From contig OZ024742.1 of NCBI GenBank assembly GCA_964016885.1, positions 174,592,001 through 174,656,000 on the forward strand: a stretch of DNA of 64,000 nt. The letters run 5' to 3'. The translations under genes were made by a program, and so were the position numbers. Below, in pieces: positions 50,993 to 63,494 of the stretch. How positions within the stretch are numbered: the first letter of the stretch is position 1; each line of letters starts with the position of its first letter. This DNA is from Eledone cirrhosa. Its lineage: Eukaryota. Below the pieces are notes generated by a model. The model was not told the origin of the DNA, did no database searches, and saw nothing but the letters and a program-made list of their open reading frames with translations.

Positions 50993-53900
50993 ATACCTCT
51001 GCCAATCTGTTGAACGGTTGAAAATATATAGTATTTTCTAAAGTATACATCGGCTGAATAGCCTCATTTGCATGCCGTGTTGAAAACTAAAAATAAAATT
51101 AGAATTTATTATCAGATTTTTTAAATAAAGCAATAAAAGGTCAAAAGAATTTGGCTTTGTGTTCGAGAAAATATAGTGCTAGAATGAACATGTGAATAGT
51201 TTATATGCTGGGCTAGAACATACACTATGAAAGAGGGTCAGTCAGAACTGAGAAATTTGAAACTCACAACAATACGATGCATAATTGAAATGCATGTATA
51301 AGTTGCTGTTGTACCTCGCACCTATGTATATTTCAGCTGCCTGCTTACAAGTTTGCATTTCATAGGAAATATCATGAGTTTCTTTATAACAGAGGGCAGT
51401 CTGTTGCAGGTGTTACTTCCCAGCTGATGCTGGTACTGTTTTTTTTTTTTATACTGAGTGGACTAAACTTAACTGGAGTGAAATGAAGTGTCTTGCTGAA
51501 GGACACATCACACCACCCAGGCTAGGAATCAATCCCCAAACCTTATGATTATATGATGAACACCCTAACAACCAGATCACTATATTGTAAACCTATCTCT
51601 CCAATAACAACATGGTAAAATGGGCATTAAAGTAAACGAAATATGTAATGTTATGATAGAATGAATTCTGGATAAGGTTAAAGCAATTTCTCAGTTTTAC
51701 AGCAAATGAATCCCCTTTTCAACAAGGGTCTATATTGATTGAAGATAACATTTACCATTGTACATGAATATATCTTTAGGAAATATATTTTCACAACTTA
51801 TATAATCTTCAAAAGCATACATAAGTTTTTTTTAGTCCTTTAATACCTCAAACTATCAATTATTTTTTTATCTCCTAATTTTATGCACTTGTTGCCTTCA
51901 TAGATATATTCTGCTTTCTCGTTGGAAATTTATCTTATTTTTGTGAATAAAAATTCTCGAATGATATTAGATTCTCATGCTAACATATAGCATTAGCATC
52001 CTAAAGAACTACCATGGGAAGCAAAGATAAGTTTATAGAAGTTATTTCTGTTAACAATATGAGTGTAGTGCATAAGTAATATGGCAAAAAACCTTTCCAT
52101 TATTGAATTTTGCACTGGGGTTTCAATAAATATTCTACTCAATTATCTTATAAGAAGTTTACGTTTATCTAAAATCTCTGCAAAATTATCATTTTGTATA
52201 TCTCTAAGGTGCATATTATTTAACCTATATAATAGAAGTGTTATAGTAATATAAGCTGCAAGTTTGAAGACAAGATATACCATAATGAAGAAACCATGCC
52301 TTTAATATATAATATTTTGTGTGATTTTGTTTTTTGTTGTGATGACTCATATGTGTGCAGATTTAGCTAGTCTCCTATGAGTTCGTATCTCACAGATGGT
52401 TTCTTGGGGTATTTTTTATGATAGTGGGTCCAGTCTTATATCACTATTTTTGACTGAAAATGGAAGTAGGATTTCAATTCAAAATGCACATTGCTGAAAG
52501 ATACACCATAGAGCTATAATAATTCTACCAATCTATGGCCCGGTAATGATACCTTATTTATCAATGCTGAAAGTGGGAAAGGCAAAGTTGAACTCAATGT
52601 GTAGAGGGGATTGCATAAACTTAGACTGGAAGATTTTAACTTAAATAGGATCTCTTAGTAATAAATGATTTTGCTTCATATAACCAGAGACAGTTTGGGC
52701 CAGGTTGATGTCAAAAGGGTTACAGCAAACCTTATTGTATAGCCTCAAGATATATACCATAAAAGTATAATACTGCTGTCACATTGTATTTCATAAAATA
52801 CTACTATATTTTATTACTGACCGTTTTAATGTAAGCAGTAGAATTATTGATTATTTTAATGTTTATTTTTGGAATTTTCTTTTCGTCAATGTAGAAATAT
52901 TCAATATTGACTTTAAGATGATGTGGCAGTGATTGAAATGGCACTGTTTTTGTTATTGCCTTTTATATACTGGAATACTATCCTGATGTGAGCCATATTG
53001 GTTTCATCTCCCTGAGGGTGTGTAAAAACCTAACATGCTGTAAAGTTAATTTAATCAACTCTATTCTTCCAACATAGTACCAATGTGAGGAACCAATATT
53101 GATTGTAAACAGGTCCAACATTACTATTATGGTCAACTATGCAGCTGCCTAGGGTGCAGACCTCAGAAATGAGCAATACTAAACCTTAAAGAGTGAGTTT
53201 TATACACAATGTTATTAAATATATTGTCAAAACCAATAAATAAATAACTAATCCTTCGAGCAATGTAAAAGCTTTGTAAAAATATCCAAAGTGGTGGAGT
53301 GGGTCATAAAGTGTTATGATCTGTCACAGGATTTGACATGTGTATGGACTGTGCAGAAAAAAATGCATGTTTAGTAATTTTCTTAATGTGTTAAGAGCAA
53401 CAAATATAAAAAACTAGGTTTCTCAGCTTACCAAAAACTTGAATAAAATAATTACTGGGCTTGATATAATCGTTAAAAGACCTTCAAGATAGTGTCCTAG
53501 CAAGGCCATAATCTGCCTGAAACCAGTAAAATAATAAAAGACTAAGATTTCTTGTCCACCTCCTTTGTTTATGATTCAGTTCCAAACCTCCTACCTTATG
53601 TTATCAATGGACATCATGCAATGAACTTATTTTGCTATGTACTTCAAACGAAAACCAAATTAGTTATTATGAAGAAGTATTTAGTTAAGAAAATGGAAAG
53701 AAATCTTATAAATTCTCTCGAAATCCGTCATGTGAAAAAAAATAATTTTAAAATATGAATATTTCACAAATGAAACATTTTAGTTACAACAAACTGCAAT
53801 TAAAATTTACAGTTAATTCAAGTTGAATTGATTTCTCAAATTTCAGTATTAATTATTCCAAGCTGTTATTTGTTTGTTCTTTTTTTAAAATTATTTTGGT

Positions 53901-55108
53901 AAAATTATAATGAAGCCACTTGTAGAGAAAATGATATTTCTTTCAAGTTGATGATTTATTTAATTTCAGTTGATGATTTATTTAATTTAGTGCATATTGC
54001 ATTCCCCTCTCTCATCTCATCATTTGTGTTGTGTCTAGTCTTCCAAACCCTACACTAAAAATAATGCCCCCACCCCCTTTCTGGCACTCTGGAATTCCTT
54101 CCCTAGTCGTATCTTCCTGAGGTTCCAGCATACAACAGTTTATGTGGAGTATCAACTGGTGTAATAAAACTTGTGAAGGCCATGGGCTATGCTCCATCCT
54201 CCCACCGAATCCATACAGTGGCACTGTAGTAGTAGTATACAAATGATATAGTGATATGTCTTGGGCATTTAAACCTGGTGGACCACATTGCTCATCAGAT
54301 AATTTTTTTTCCAGAGAAACAGAGATGGGGGAGCAAACATGTAGTACTAAACTGTACTCATTTCCCAACTTCAAAGTGGATGATAGACAAAGCTGACTTT
54401 GGTGGAATGAAGATCACCACACAGTTTGACACATTAAAGGGAACCTACTGTTGTAACTATCAACATTATCTGAAGGAAATTTGAATATTTATACCAGTGT
54501 GTATATCTATTTCTGAAAAGTTTTCATGTAACTGACTTTAATTTCTATATAAATCAAAATTTGATCATATGGCATGGCCAATCCATGTATTTATATCGAT
54601 GTAACTTGTTAAAAAGGAAGTATCTTTTTCCATAATCAATACAAAGCAATCTATATTGTAATAACTGTAAAGCTTTTTTGTCAGACTGTCACACAAACAC
54701 TACATTCTATCAATCATATCTTAAAACTTATGTTTAGAATTCATGGAACACAAATGAAAGACTGAAAAGGTACGTGTGTGTGTGTGTTTGTGTGTCTGTG
54801 TGTAAAATGTCTAAAATCCTTCCATCCATACCAGAAATCAACCTTCTGTCAACAGGGTTGTATGTCTATCACCTCTATGTTTCTCTCTGTAGCCATCTAT
54901 CTGTCTCTAAATATGTATTCATCTATATATACATATATATATATAAATATACTATACATTCATGTATATATCGCTATTTCAGAGCACCAATCCTAATACC
55001 TAATTTTTGCTGGACCGGCAATCGTTCTGTATAATCAGCTCCTGATTATTACTGCAATTCTATAAAAGTCCAGCTTCTATAATTTTCGGCGGAAGCAGGG
55101 GAGTGTGT

Positions 55109-55150
55109 GGCTCTGATGATTGCCAACCAGCGTGAAACAGACTGTTAACT
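55109..55150 (+). ncRNA. Minimal type I hammerhead ribozyme-like motif
   Basis: ggct-CTGATGA-t-TGC-caacca-GCG-t-GAAAC-agact-GTT-aact; near-palindromic stem III ACAGACTGT; stem I has one mismatch. Confidence 0.55.
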
Positions 55151-55280
55151 TCTCTCCCTTCTTTCGCCAAAAAGAAGTAAGTGACATAGTCATTGCTTTA
55201 AAACCGATAGCGTATTGTCTTCTAAATGTTTTTAATTAAATATACGGTATATTGCCAAATATACTATACATATATTCATA

Positions 55281-56557
55281 TCTGTATGCAGATGACCTCA
55301 CACTTATAGCTGAATCTACGGTAGAACTAGAGAAGAAATTCCAAACTTGGAAGCAGGGACTAGAAAGAAAGGGTCTCAAAGACAACATGACAAAGACTAA
55401 GGTCCTTTTAAGTAGACGAGAAAACAGAACCCAGTTCCCCTCAGGGAAATGGCCTTGCTCAGTATGTAGGAAAGGTGTAGGTAGGAACTTCATTCTCTGC
55501 CCCAAATGCAAACAATGGGTACACAAGAGATGTAGCGGGATCTCAGGAAGCTTAACTAATAATGCAGGCTTCACATGTAGCAGCTGCGCTGGAAAAGCAA
55601 GTAGCAAACAGCCGCAGGAAACAAGTACCACCAAACTCTGGGAGGGCTCCGTAGAAACAGTAGACAGCTTCTGCTACATAAGTGACCGAATTAGCAGCGG
55701 AGGTGGGTGTTTGGAAAGTACAATAACTAGGGTAAAAATGGGATGCAAGAAGTTCAGGTAGCTACTGCCACTGCTAGCTGCAAAAGGCTTTTCCCTCAAC
55801 ATGAAAGGCATACTGTATGATGCGTGTATATGAACAGCAATGTTACATGGTAGTGAGACCTGGGTGCTGTGTGTGGAAGACTTGCGTAGATTAGAAAGAA
55901 ATGAAGCCTGCATGCTCCAATGGATGTGTAATAGTAATATACGCGACCGGCAAAGCATAAATGAATTGAGAGAGAGACTGAGCATAAGAGGAATCAAATG
56001 CTGTGTAGTGGAGAGGTGGTTGCGTTGGTATGGACATGTGATGCGTATGAAGGATGACAGCTGAATAAAAAGGTCCAGAGCACTAGAAGTCGATGGAAAC
56101 TGTGGAGTGAAGAGACCCAGAAAGACCTGGGATTAGGTGATAAAAGCTGACCTTACCCAATTACACCGCTCAAAGGCGATGACACATGACCATGACCTCT
56201 GGTGTCACGCAGTAATAGAGAAGACCCGACTCCCCCACAGGTACAAGCCGAAGCTGAAGCATATAGACAATATGCCCCCACACCCTCCCACTGCAAAGTG
56301 GTCATGGAAGTGCCCCGGCAAAAAAGCACCCAGCCCACACTGTGAATTGGACATGTAGGCATCACGGAAGAAAGCACCCAGCACTTTGTAAATGAGGTTG
56401 GTGTTAGGAAGGGCATCCAGCTGTAAAAATCAAGCCAGAATCAGTTCCTGTATGAGCAAGACAAGGTCAGCCGACCGGACACTGCCCACAACAGGACATC
56501 CCGTTTAACCCATGCTAGCATGGAAGAACGGACATAAAACGGTGATGATGATGATGA
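55281..56557 (+). mobile_element. 5'-truncated RTE LINE with a PHD-like Cys/His insert after the RT core, complete 3' UTR
   Basis: YADDL, NMTKTKV, WPCSVCRKGVGRNFILCPKCKQWVHKRC...CSSC, FCYISD, MLHGSETW, RWLRWYGHVMRM, RPRKTW; (GAT)n tail; several stop codons. Confidence 0.92.
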
Positions 56558-56700
56558 TATATGTATATATAGGTGCAAGTTCATTGCGTCCATAGGTGGT
56601 ATGCCAAATGAGCACTCGATACTCTTGGGGAGCAGAGTATCAATAATATTAATATATAAGGGAACAAAGAATCAGTGTTGCATGATATACATATTTAATT

Positions 56701-56792
56701 ACATATTACATATGTTTCACTGTCGATCAGCTCAAGAAACAATCTATTAATGATCGATCCTGACTCTGGAATCGGAAGCTCCTCAGATATGT
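56701..56792 (-). ncRNA. Type I hammerhead ribozyme with extended stem II
   Basis: ACATAT-CTGAGGA-GCT...(internal TCGATCA/TGATCGA hairpin)...AGT-GAAAC-ATAT-GTA-ATATGT: perfect 6-bp stem I, canonical core, palindromic stem III ACATATGT, GUA triplet ending at 56707. Confidence 0.8.
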
Positions 56793-56849
56793 TTTAACAT
56801 GTAGACTCATGTATATGTAAACGCATCAAATAATGCTGCATGGGAGTTA

Positions 56850-57260
56850 GACATGGGCAGAGAATGCAGAGTACATGTAGACTGGATATAAATGAAGCAA
56901 CCATGCTTCATTGGATGGGCAATGTAAATATGAGATAGAGGCAGAGCTTGGATGAATTTAAAGCAAAACTGGGTTTAAGCGGAATCTGAATTGTTGTACA
57001 AGAGAGAAGACTGTGTTGGTACGGACATATGATGCTCATAAATCTTGATCGCTGGGTGAAGAAATACCAGGAGATAGCAGAAAGGAAGCCACAGTAGAGG
57101 TGAACCAATGAAAACATGAGCAGAGGTGATGAAATCTAATCACAAATTGCTGAGACTTACAGAGGAGATGATAAAGGAACATGTAAAGTAGGGCGATGCT
57201 GTTCTAAAAAGGTCTCATCCAACCCATAAAAGCATGAAAACATGGATAGAAAAACAATTC
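56850..57260 (+). mobile_element. Decayed RTE 3' fragment
   Basis: NEATMLHW...QERRLCWYGHMML remnant followed by a decayed aacccat...gcatgaaaacatgga tail. Confidence 0.65.
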
Positions 57261-57292
<32 letters not shown>

Positions 57293-57327
57293 TTACAGTA
57301 ATCAAAGTTCAGTTTAAGTCATTTATT

Positions 57328-57374
57328 TGCTTACAATTGTTTCCTCCAAACCGAGGTTTGGATTCTTCGGAGCA
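57328..57374 (-). ncRNA. Hammerhead motif (CCGAAGA core variant), left-arm copy
   Basis: Mirror image of 57807-57853. Confidence 0.6.
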
Positions 57375-57806
57375 GCTATTTATAACATACTTGACCTCCT
57401 TTTCAACCCAAGAGACACATAAAACATATGCGCATATTGATCAACAGTGGGGTGACATTCATCAAATGAAATAGCATGGCAATTTACATATAAAGTGTTA
57501 CATGATAAAAATAAAATAAAATAAAATAAAATAAAAGCAAGAGTGAAAATAAAGACAAACATGAAGCGTTGGCAGTCTATGAAGATAAAGCTTTATCTTC
57601 ATAGACTGCCAACGCTTCATGTTTGTCTTTATTTTCACTCTTGCTTTTATTTTATTTTATTTTATTTTATTTTTATCATGTAACACTTTATATGTAAATT
57701 GCCATGCTATTTCATTTGATGAATGTCACCCCACTGTTGATCAATATGCGCATATGTTTTATGTGTCTCTTGGGTTGAAAAGGAGGTCAAGTATGTTATA
57801 AATAGC

Positions 57807-57853
57807 TGCTCCGAAGAATCCAAACCTCGGTTTGGAGGAAACAATTGTAAGCA
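57807..57853 (+). ncRNA. Hammerhead motif (CCGAAGA core variant), right-arm copy
   Basis: TGCT-CCGAAGA-a-TCCAAACC-tc-GGTTTGGA-g-GAAAC-AATT-GTA-AGCA: 4-bp stem I, 7-8-bp stem II, palindromic stem III ACAATTGT, GUA triplet; U4 is replaced by C. Confidence 0.6.
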
Positions 57854-58061
57854 AATAAATGACTTAAACTGAACTTTGATTACTGTAATCTCTATATAAC
57901 TGCTCTGTATAACAACTGATGTTATTACATTGAGCTATTTAACTTACTGGTAATAGGATAGTAATTAATGACTATCTCTCACTATTTAGGGTTTGTGTGT
58001 ATATATAATATATTACCATCAAAGGTTTTATTGCATACATAACCATAAATAGTACCCTTAA

Positions 58062-58102
<41 letters not shown>

Positions 58103-58326
58103 GGCACACGCACTCTGTCGGCTACAACAACAAATATTCCATTTGATATGATCAACAGGACAACCTGTTTGTGAAATTAATGTGGAAGTGGCTGATATAT
58201 ATATAATGCATGTATTTGTGTCAGCTTAATATATGCATTATCATATCGACAATACATGAAACAATCTGTGATGTTTATGTCCTTGTGAGCAATGTGACCT
58301 CCAGCATAATGGGTTATCGTCTAGCA

Positions 58327-58374
<48 letters not shown>

Positions 58375-58554
58375 CGTGAGAGAGAGTATGATTGTCTGAC
58401 TGTAGAATATCTGCATTGAGAAGTCTTGTCTAACACATAGCAGAATCAGAAAAAAAAACAAGCATAAAATCACTGATGAGGTATTGGGAAAGGTGTGTAG
58501 TGATAGTAGTGTACAATAGACTTTATTGCTGAAATGTTAAAATGTTGTCAGTCA

Positions 58555-58807
58555 TTAATCCATTTGTTACTATATTTCCAATGAAATATACTGTACTTGA
58601 AGTAATTAATGAGGAATTTAGAGAAATTTACTAACATTATCAATAATTTCATTTCAGATGGTATTTGTGACATAAGTTAACAAAAGATTCTTATATCAAA
58701 TTATAATGGAGGATTTTAATTTCCATGGCAACCCTTTAAAATAAATAGCTTTGTTTCATAGAACTATAGGTGGTTTGGGGCATGCATGTTTGTATGAAAA
58801 GAGTTAA
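58555..58807. mobile_element. piggyBac-like MITE (decayed)
   Basis: TTAA-TCCATTTGTTAC...GAAAAGAG-TTAA; internally similar to 13723-13977. Confidence 0.55.
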
Positions 58808-60689
58808 ATGAATCCTAAGTTTCTACATGATCATACTTAAATATCAGTAATGAAGAAATATTTTCAATATCTGTAGAGAGAATCATCTACAAGGAACATC
58901 TTGTTGCTTCATTGGACCAATTTACAGCTGTATTTGTAGTTTTGAATAGATTTAAAATAAATTACGAAATTCTAGTCTCCTTTGCTTTTGATCTGTTAGG
59001 AAAATATTTTAAGAATTCTTGTAAATTCACCCAAAATGTGAATCTTATTTTTGCAGATCAAAGTCTTAGAATCTTCTTACTTTTCAAGCCAACTATTTTA
59101 AAATAGATGTAATAAAAATAACTCTATTTTCAATTGACAATGACTAAAATTCATGTTTTATAATTGAACTAGCTTTGAAAGTGATTATTTGTGGTTCTTC
59201 TTTCTATTTCTTTCTCATTTTTTTAATTTTGTTTTTCTACTTTGGAAAGCTTATTTTTAAGAGCCCTTTTGTAGAAATATATATTTGTCTTTAACATTTT
59301 ATCTTTAGTTATATATGTAGAGCAAAGATGTATATTCTATTGAAGCACCTACATGCAATTTCAACCTTTAAAATATTTAAATATATAACTGTGAAATGAA
59401 ATTAAATAAACATACGATACTGATTTTCTACTGTTAAGTGATTGGCATTAGGAAGGGTATCCAACCATAGAAGCCATGGTATAGATTTGAGAAAAGTCTT
59501 CACTCCTGTCAGATTAGAGCTATAATAAAAGGCTCCCATTGCCTTTTAAAAAAACGATTGGCATTAGGAATGTTATCTAGCCATAAAAGCCATGCTAATA
59601 GTTGGATTTTCCACCATATGAACATTACAAACTCTTTGCCTCATGGATAAGGCCATGTGAAGACCACTCAAAACATCCCTTTCTCTATTACTTCAGAAAG
59701 GGATTAACAAGGCACCACCAACCCTTTCTCATATAAAAACTCATATAAAAACACATGCTACCAAGGGCTCATTCCAATCTATGTCAGTATGGAAGGATGG
59801 ACATGAAAATAATATAAACAAAATATCCAGGAACTGAGCTTATATTAGCCTTTTTTTTATACTAAAGTGTCTGAAACTGCCCCTTTTTCTATGATACAAA
59901 ATGCTTTATTTTACAGTGATTAAATCTATTTACAAACCTTTCATGAAAATTCCATGTACAAACTCTTAAGTTATGTTCATAAAACCAGTGTAATAATGGG
60001 AAAGTTATATGGCAAAATCCATCCAAATTCTGGATTATTTTCAAAATAATTTTGAAATCATCAGCAGTGTCTTTCATTAGATGTATCGTAATGAAATGGT
60101 TCAAAAGTGTGTCTCATTTACTTTACAGAACAAGATATTCAAAATAGATGTTCATTGATGCCAGAAAAAGTATTAGGATGTCATATAACCATGTGGTTAG
60201 GGCGTTCAGATCACAATTGTATGATCTTGGGTTCAATTCCTGGATTGGGTGCTCATTGCATTCTTGAGGAAGACTCACCATTTCATGTTACTTCAGTCAA
60301 TTCAGATGAAAATGACTCCTACCATCAACTGGTGGATAACCCTGCAATGGACTGCTTTTCTGCCGAGTACTCTGTCAAGTAAGGCCAATGAAACCAGGGT
60401 AATCTCTGAATTGATGAGTAGGACTGAACTCAAAACCACATGGTTGTGAAGCACATTCCTAAATCATACAACTGGGCCTAGAGAAGTCTTGGGACAGATT
60501 TTAACTTTTCTTCTTTATTCCTCTACTGATTTTAGTCAATAGACCGTGGCCATGTTAAAACACTATATTGAATGGATTTAATGGATTATATTGACCCCAG
60601 TACATTTCTTCAAGTAATATATTTATTTTATTCTTTTTGTCTAACTGATAAGTTAGAGAAGAAATAATAAACGTGAACACACACATTAT

Positions 60690-60925
60690 ACAATGGGCTT
60701 CCACACAGTTTCCATCTACCAAATTTCACTGAAAGTGTATTGGTTAATGTGAGGCTATAGTAGATGACACTTGCCCAAGGTGCCACATAGTAGAACTGAA
60801 CTCAAGACCACATGGTTGTGAGGCACATTCCAATTGTGGCTGAGCCTATAGAAGTATCTTGCAGTGCAACTGAATCCCAAACCGCAAGGTTGTGAAACAA
60901 ATGCCTTAACCACACAACTATGCCA
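60690..60925 (-). mobile_element. CORE-like SINE (family C) with duplicated head
   Basis: gggcttccacacagtttccatctaccaaatttcac...gacacttgcccaaggtgccac...actgaac...accacatggttg; related copies at about 34640-34790, 43990-44150 and 46520-46690. Confidence 0.7.
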
Positions 60926-61210
60926 GTATCTATTTACTAATCTATTTATTTTTAATAGTTTATGAAAGAGAATCATATGATCTGAATGAAAAGTAAAAGT
61001 AACTTAACATATTCTAGTGTAATGTATTGAAACTGGTCACAATATTTGTCATCTTAGCAGTATAAAAACTATTAAGTGTAAAGAAATTACATATTCAGTT
61101 AGAAATGTCTTATTTAATCTCTTGCAGATTTATATATTTGTTTGTTATATCGGAAGAAATCATTATACTTGTCACGATGAATGTTATGAAGAGAAATAGT
61201 GAGATGTGTG

Positions 61211-61655
61211 GGTCATGTGTTGAGTTCAGGTGAGAGCGATTGAGTGAGAAGAATAGAGACAGTGGCGAATGTTGTGGAGAGAAATGGAGCAAGATGGTTA
61301 GGTCATGTGTTGAGGAGAGGTGAGTGATTGAATGAGAAGAATAGAGACAGTGGCGAATGTTGTGGAGAGAAATGGAGCAAGATGGTTAGGTCATGTGTTG
61401 AGGAGAGGTGAGTGATTGAATGAGAAGAATAGAGACAGTGGTGAATGTTGTGGAGAGAAATGGAGTGAGAGGGTTGGGTCATGTGTTGAGGTGGGTGATT
61501 GAATGAGAAGAATAGAGACAGTGGAGAATGTTGTAGAGAGAAATGGAGTGAGAGGGTTGGGTCATGTGTTGAGGTGGGTGATTGAATGAGAAGAATAGAG
61601 ACAGTGGAGACTGTTGTAGAGAGAAATGGAGTGAGATAGTTGCGTCATGTGTTGA
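61211..61655 (+). repeat. Tandem array (83-90-bp units, about 5 copies) derived from RTE coding sequence
   Basis: Unit starts at 61211, 61301, 61389, 61477, 61560 and 61643; the unit translates RIETVANVVERNGARWLGHVLR. Confidence 0.85.
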
Positions 61656-61939
61656 GGAAGGAAGGAAGTATTCAAAATGAATGTAGAAGAAAGTAGAAGA
61701 GAAACATCAACAAAGACATGACTAATAATGGAGAAGAAAATGAAAGTGAGGGAATGCTGAAAATAAGGAACAACTGGAAAACCCTGTGATGATGTCCACA
61801 AGGCTAACTGCTCATTGATAGCATTAAAAGGCTTATGGTTTCTTGTATTGTAACAAATCATCCAATACTACTCTAGCAGGAATGGACCACCATCGGTTTC
61901 AATGATGAGTATTCCAGTTGTTCAATATATAGATATTGA

Positions 61940-62215
61940 AGGTGCATGGCTTAGTCATTAGAGCATTGGGCTTGCAATCAGAAGGTTTTGATTTCAATTC
62001 TCGGACTGGGTGTTGTGTTGTGTCCTTGATCAAGACACTTTATTTCACGTTGCTTGAGTTTACTCAGCTGTAGAAATGGGTTGTGATGTCACTGGTGTCA
62101 AGCTGTATCGGCCATTGCATTTCCTTTGAGAGAGGAGGCTGGTATGCATGGGTGACTGCTGGTCTTCTACAAACAACCTTGCCCAGACTTTTGCTTCAGA
62201 GGTAAACTTTCTATG
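61940..62215 (+). mobile_element. CORE-like tRNA SINE (family B)
   Basis: tggcttagtcattagagc, tttcaattc, tgtgtccttgatcaagacactttatttcacgttgc...ctcagctg. Confidence 0.8.
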
Positions 62216-62564
62216 TGAAAATCCGATGATCTTTATCCATGTGCAAATCCGGGGTCTTTATCCTTACCCTAGATAGGTAAACATGCCAGAAAATACAAAT
62301 TTCCCTGGAAAATGATAAATACCTATAATCGATTTCAGACCTTGATTGACCCTCAGGAAAAGACTTGTATATCATCGAAACAAACACAAGGAAATATGTA
62401 ATTGATGGGCTTATGTATCCATTCACTCATAGTATTATTCTGAAATAAACATACTAATTTGCATATAATTAGCACTCACTTTGGTAATTAAGATTATATA
62501 GTAAGATGTGCACTAGCAGCCAAAGTTTACAAAGTGTATTCTTCCAACTGTTCCTCCATTTCTC

Positions 62565-62619
<55 letters not shown>

Positions 62620-63402
62620 TCAGCCTCACCACTTCCCAGCCCAACCATGTCCACCATGTAAAATGGTAGTGTCGGAGTCATGATAAAATGCTCCCAGTAC
62701 ACTCTGTAAAATAATTGGTATAAGGAAGAGAATCCAGATGTAGAAACCAAGCCAAATGGAAGCATATGAGCAGGATGCAGTCACCTGACCAGCCTGACAT
62801 TAACTGATGATATATATGTATATATACACACACACACATACACACACACACGCACACACACATACACAATCATCATCATCAATGAAGCAAATGAGGTAAG
62901 GTTTAGTAGTTTCTGGCAATGGACAGAAGAATAGATGCATTTTGTTGAGGCAAATACTGTGTAGCTGCATAACTGCTATCGATTAGTCAAAATATCGATA
63001 CAAGTTTTGTTTATTTTGCCCACTGAGACAATTGTAAAACAATGGATTAATTATCTACTAAACTTTTTCTTATTTGTTTCATTGTTTAACATTATATATC
63101 TGACACTCTACTTCTTGAATACTAAACATGTAATAAGATATCACCTTTCCACAAAAACAAATTTTGTATTGCTTCAATGGAATATTCATATCAGCACATT
63201 GCGGTGTAATAAGATTATAAATCTTATTGTAATTAGACAGAATAGTAATGTGTATGTTTATGATATTCATTTTATTAATGCTAAATAGGGAGTCTTGTTA
63301 CTCTGGAATATCAAGACTCACTATTTAGCCTTAATAAAATTAATATTAAAACTCTACTTCGGTATTGAGTACTTTTTTCTCTCAGCCGTCAACCACACAT
63401 GG

Positions 63403-63494
<92 letters not shown>

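Larger units (their letters stand above)
57288..57893. repeat. 606-bp spacerless palindrome (303-bp arms)
   Basis: Axis between 57590 and 57591 (GAAGATAAAG|CTTTATCTTC). Mirrored identical ORFs 57380-57562(-) and 57619-57801(+) confirm the symmetry; pairing breaks at 57287/57894. Confidence 0.95.

Noticed and set aside
57380-57801. Two identical 60-aa ORFs as a duplicated gene
   Set aside because: A by-product of the palindrome; partly encoded by a (TTTTA)n run, with no domain similarity evident.
58468-58506. CTGATGAG...GAAA hammerhead-like match
   Set aside because: Stems II and III do not form and stem I is out of register; likely chance.
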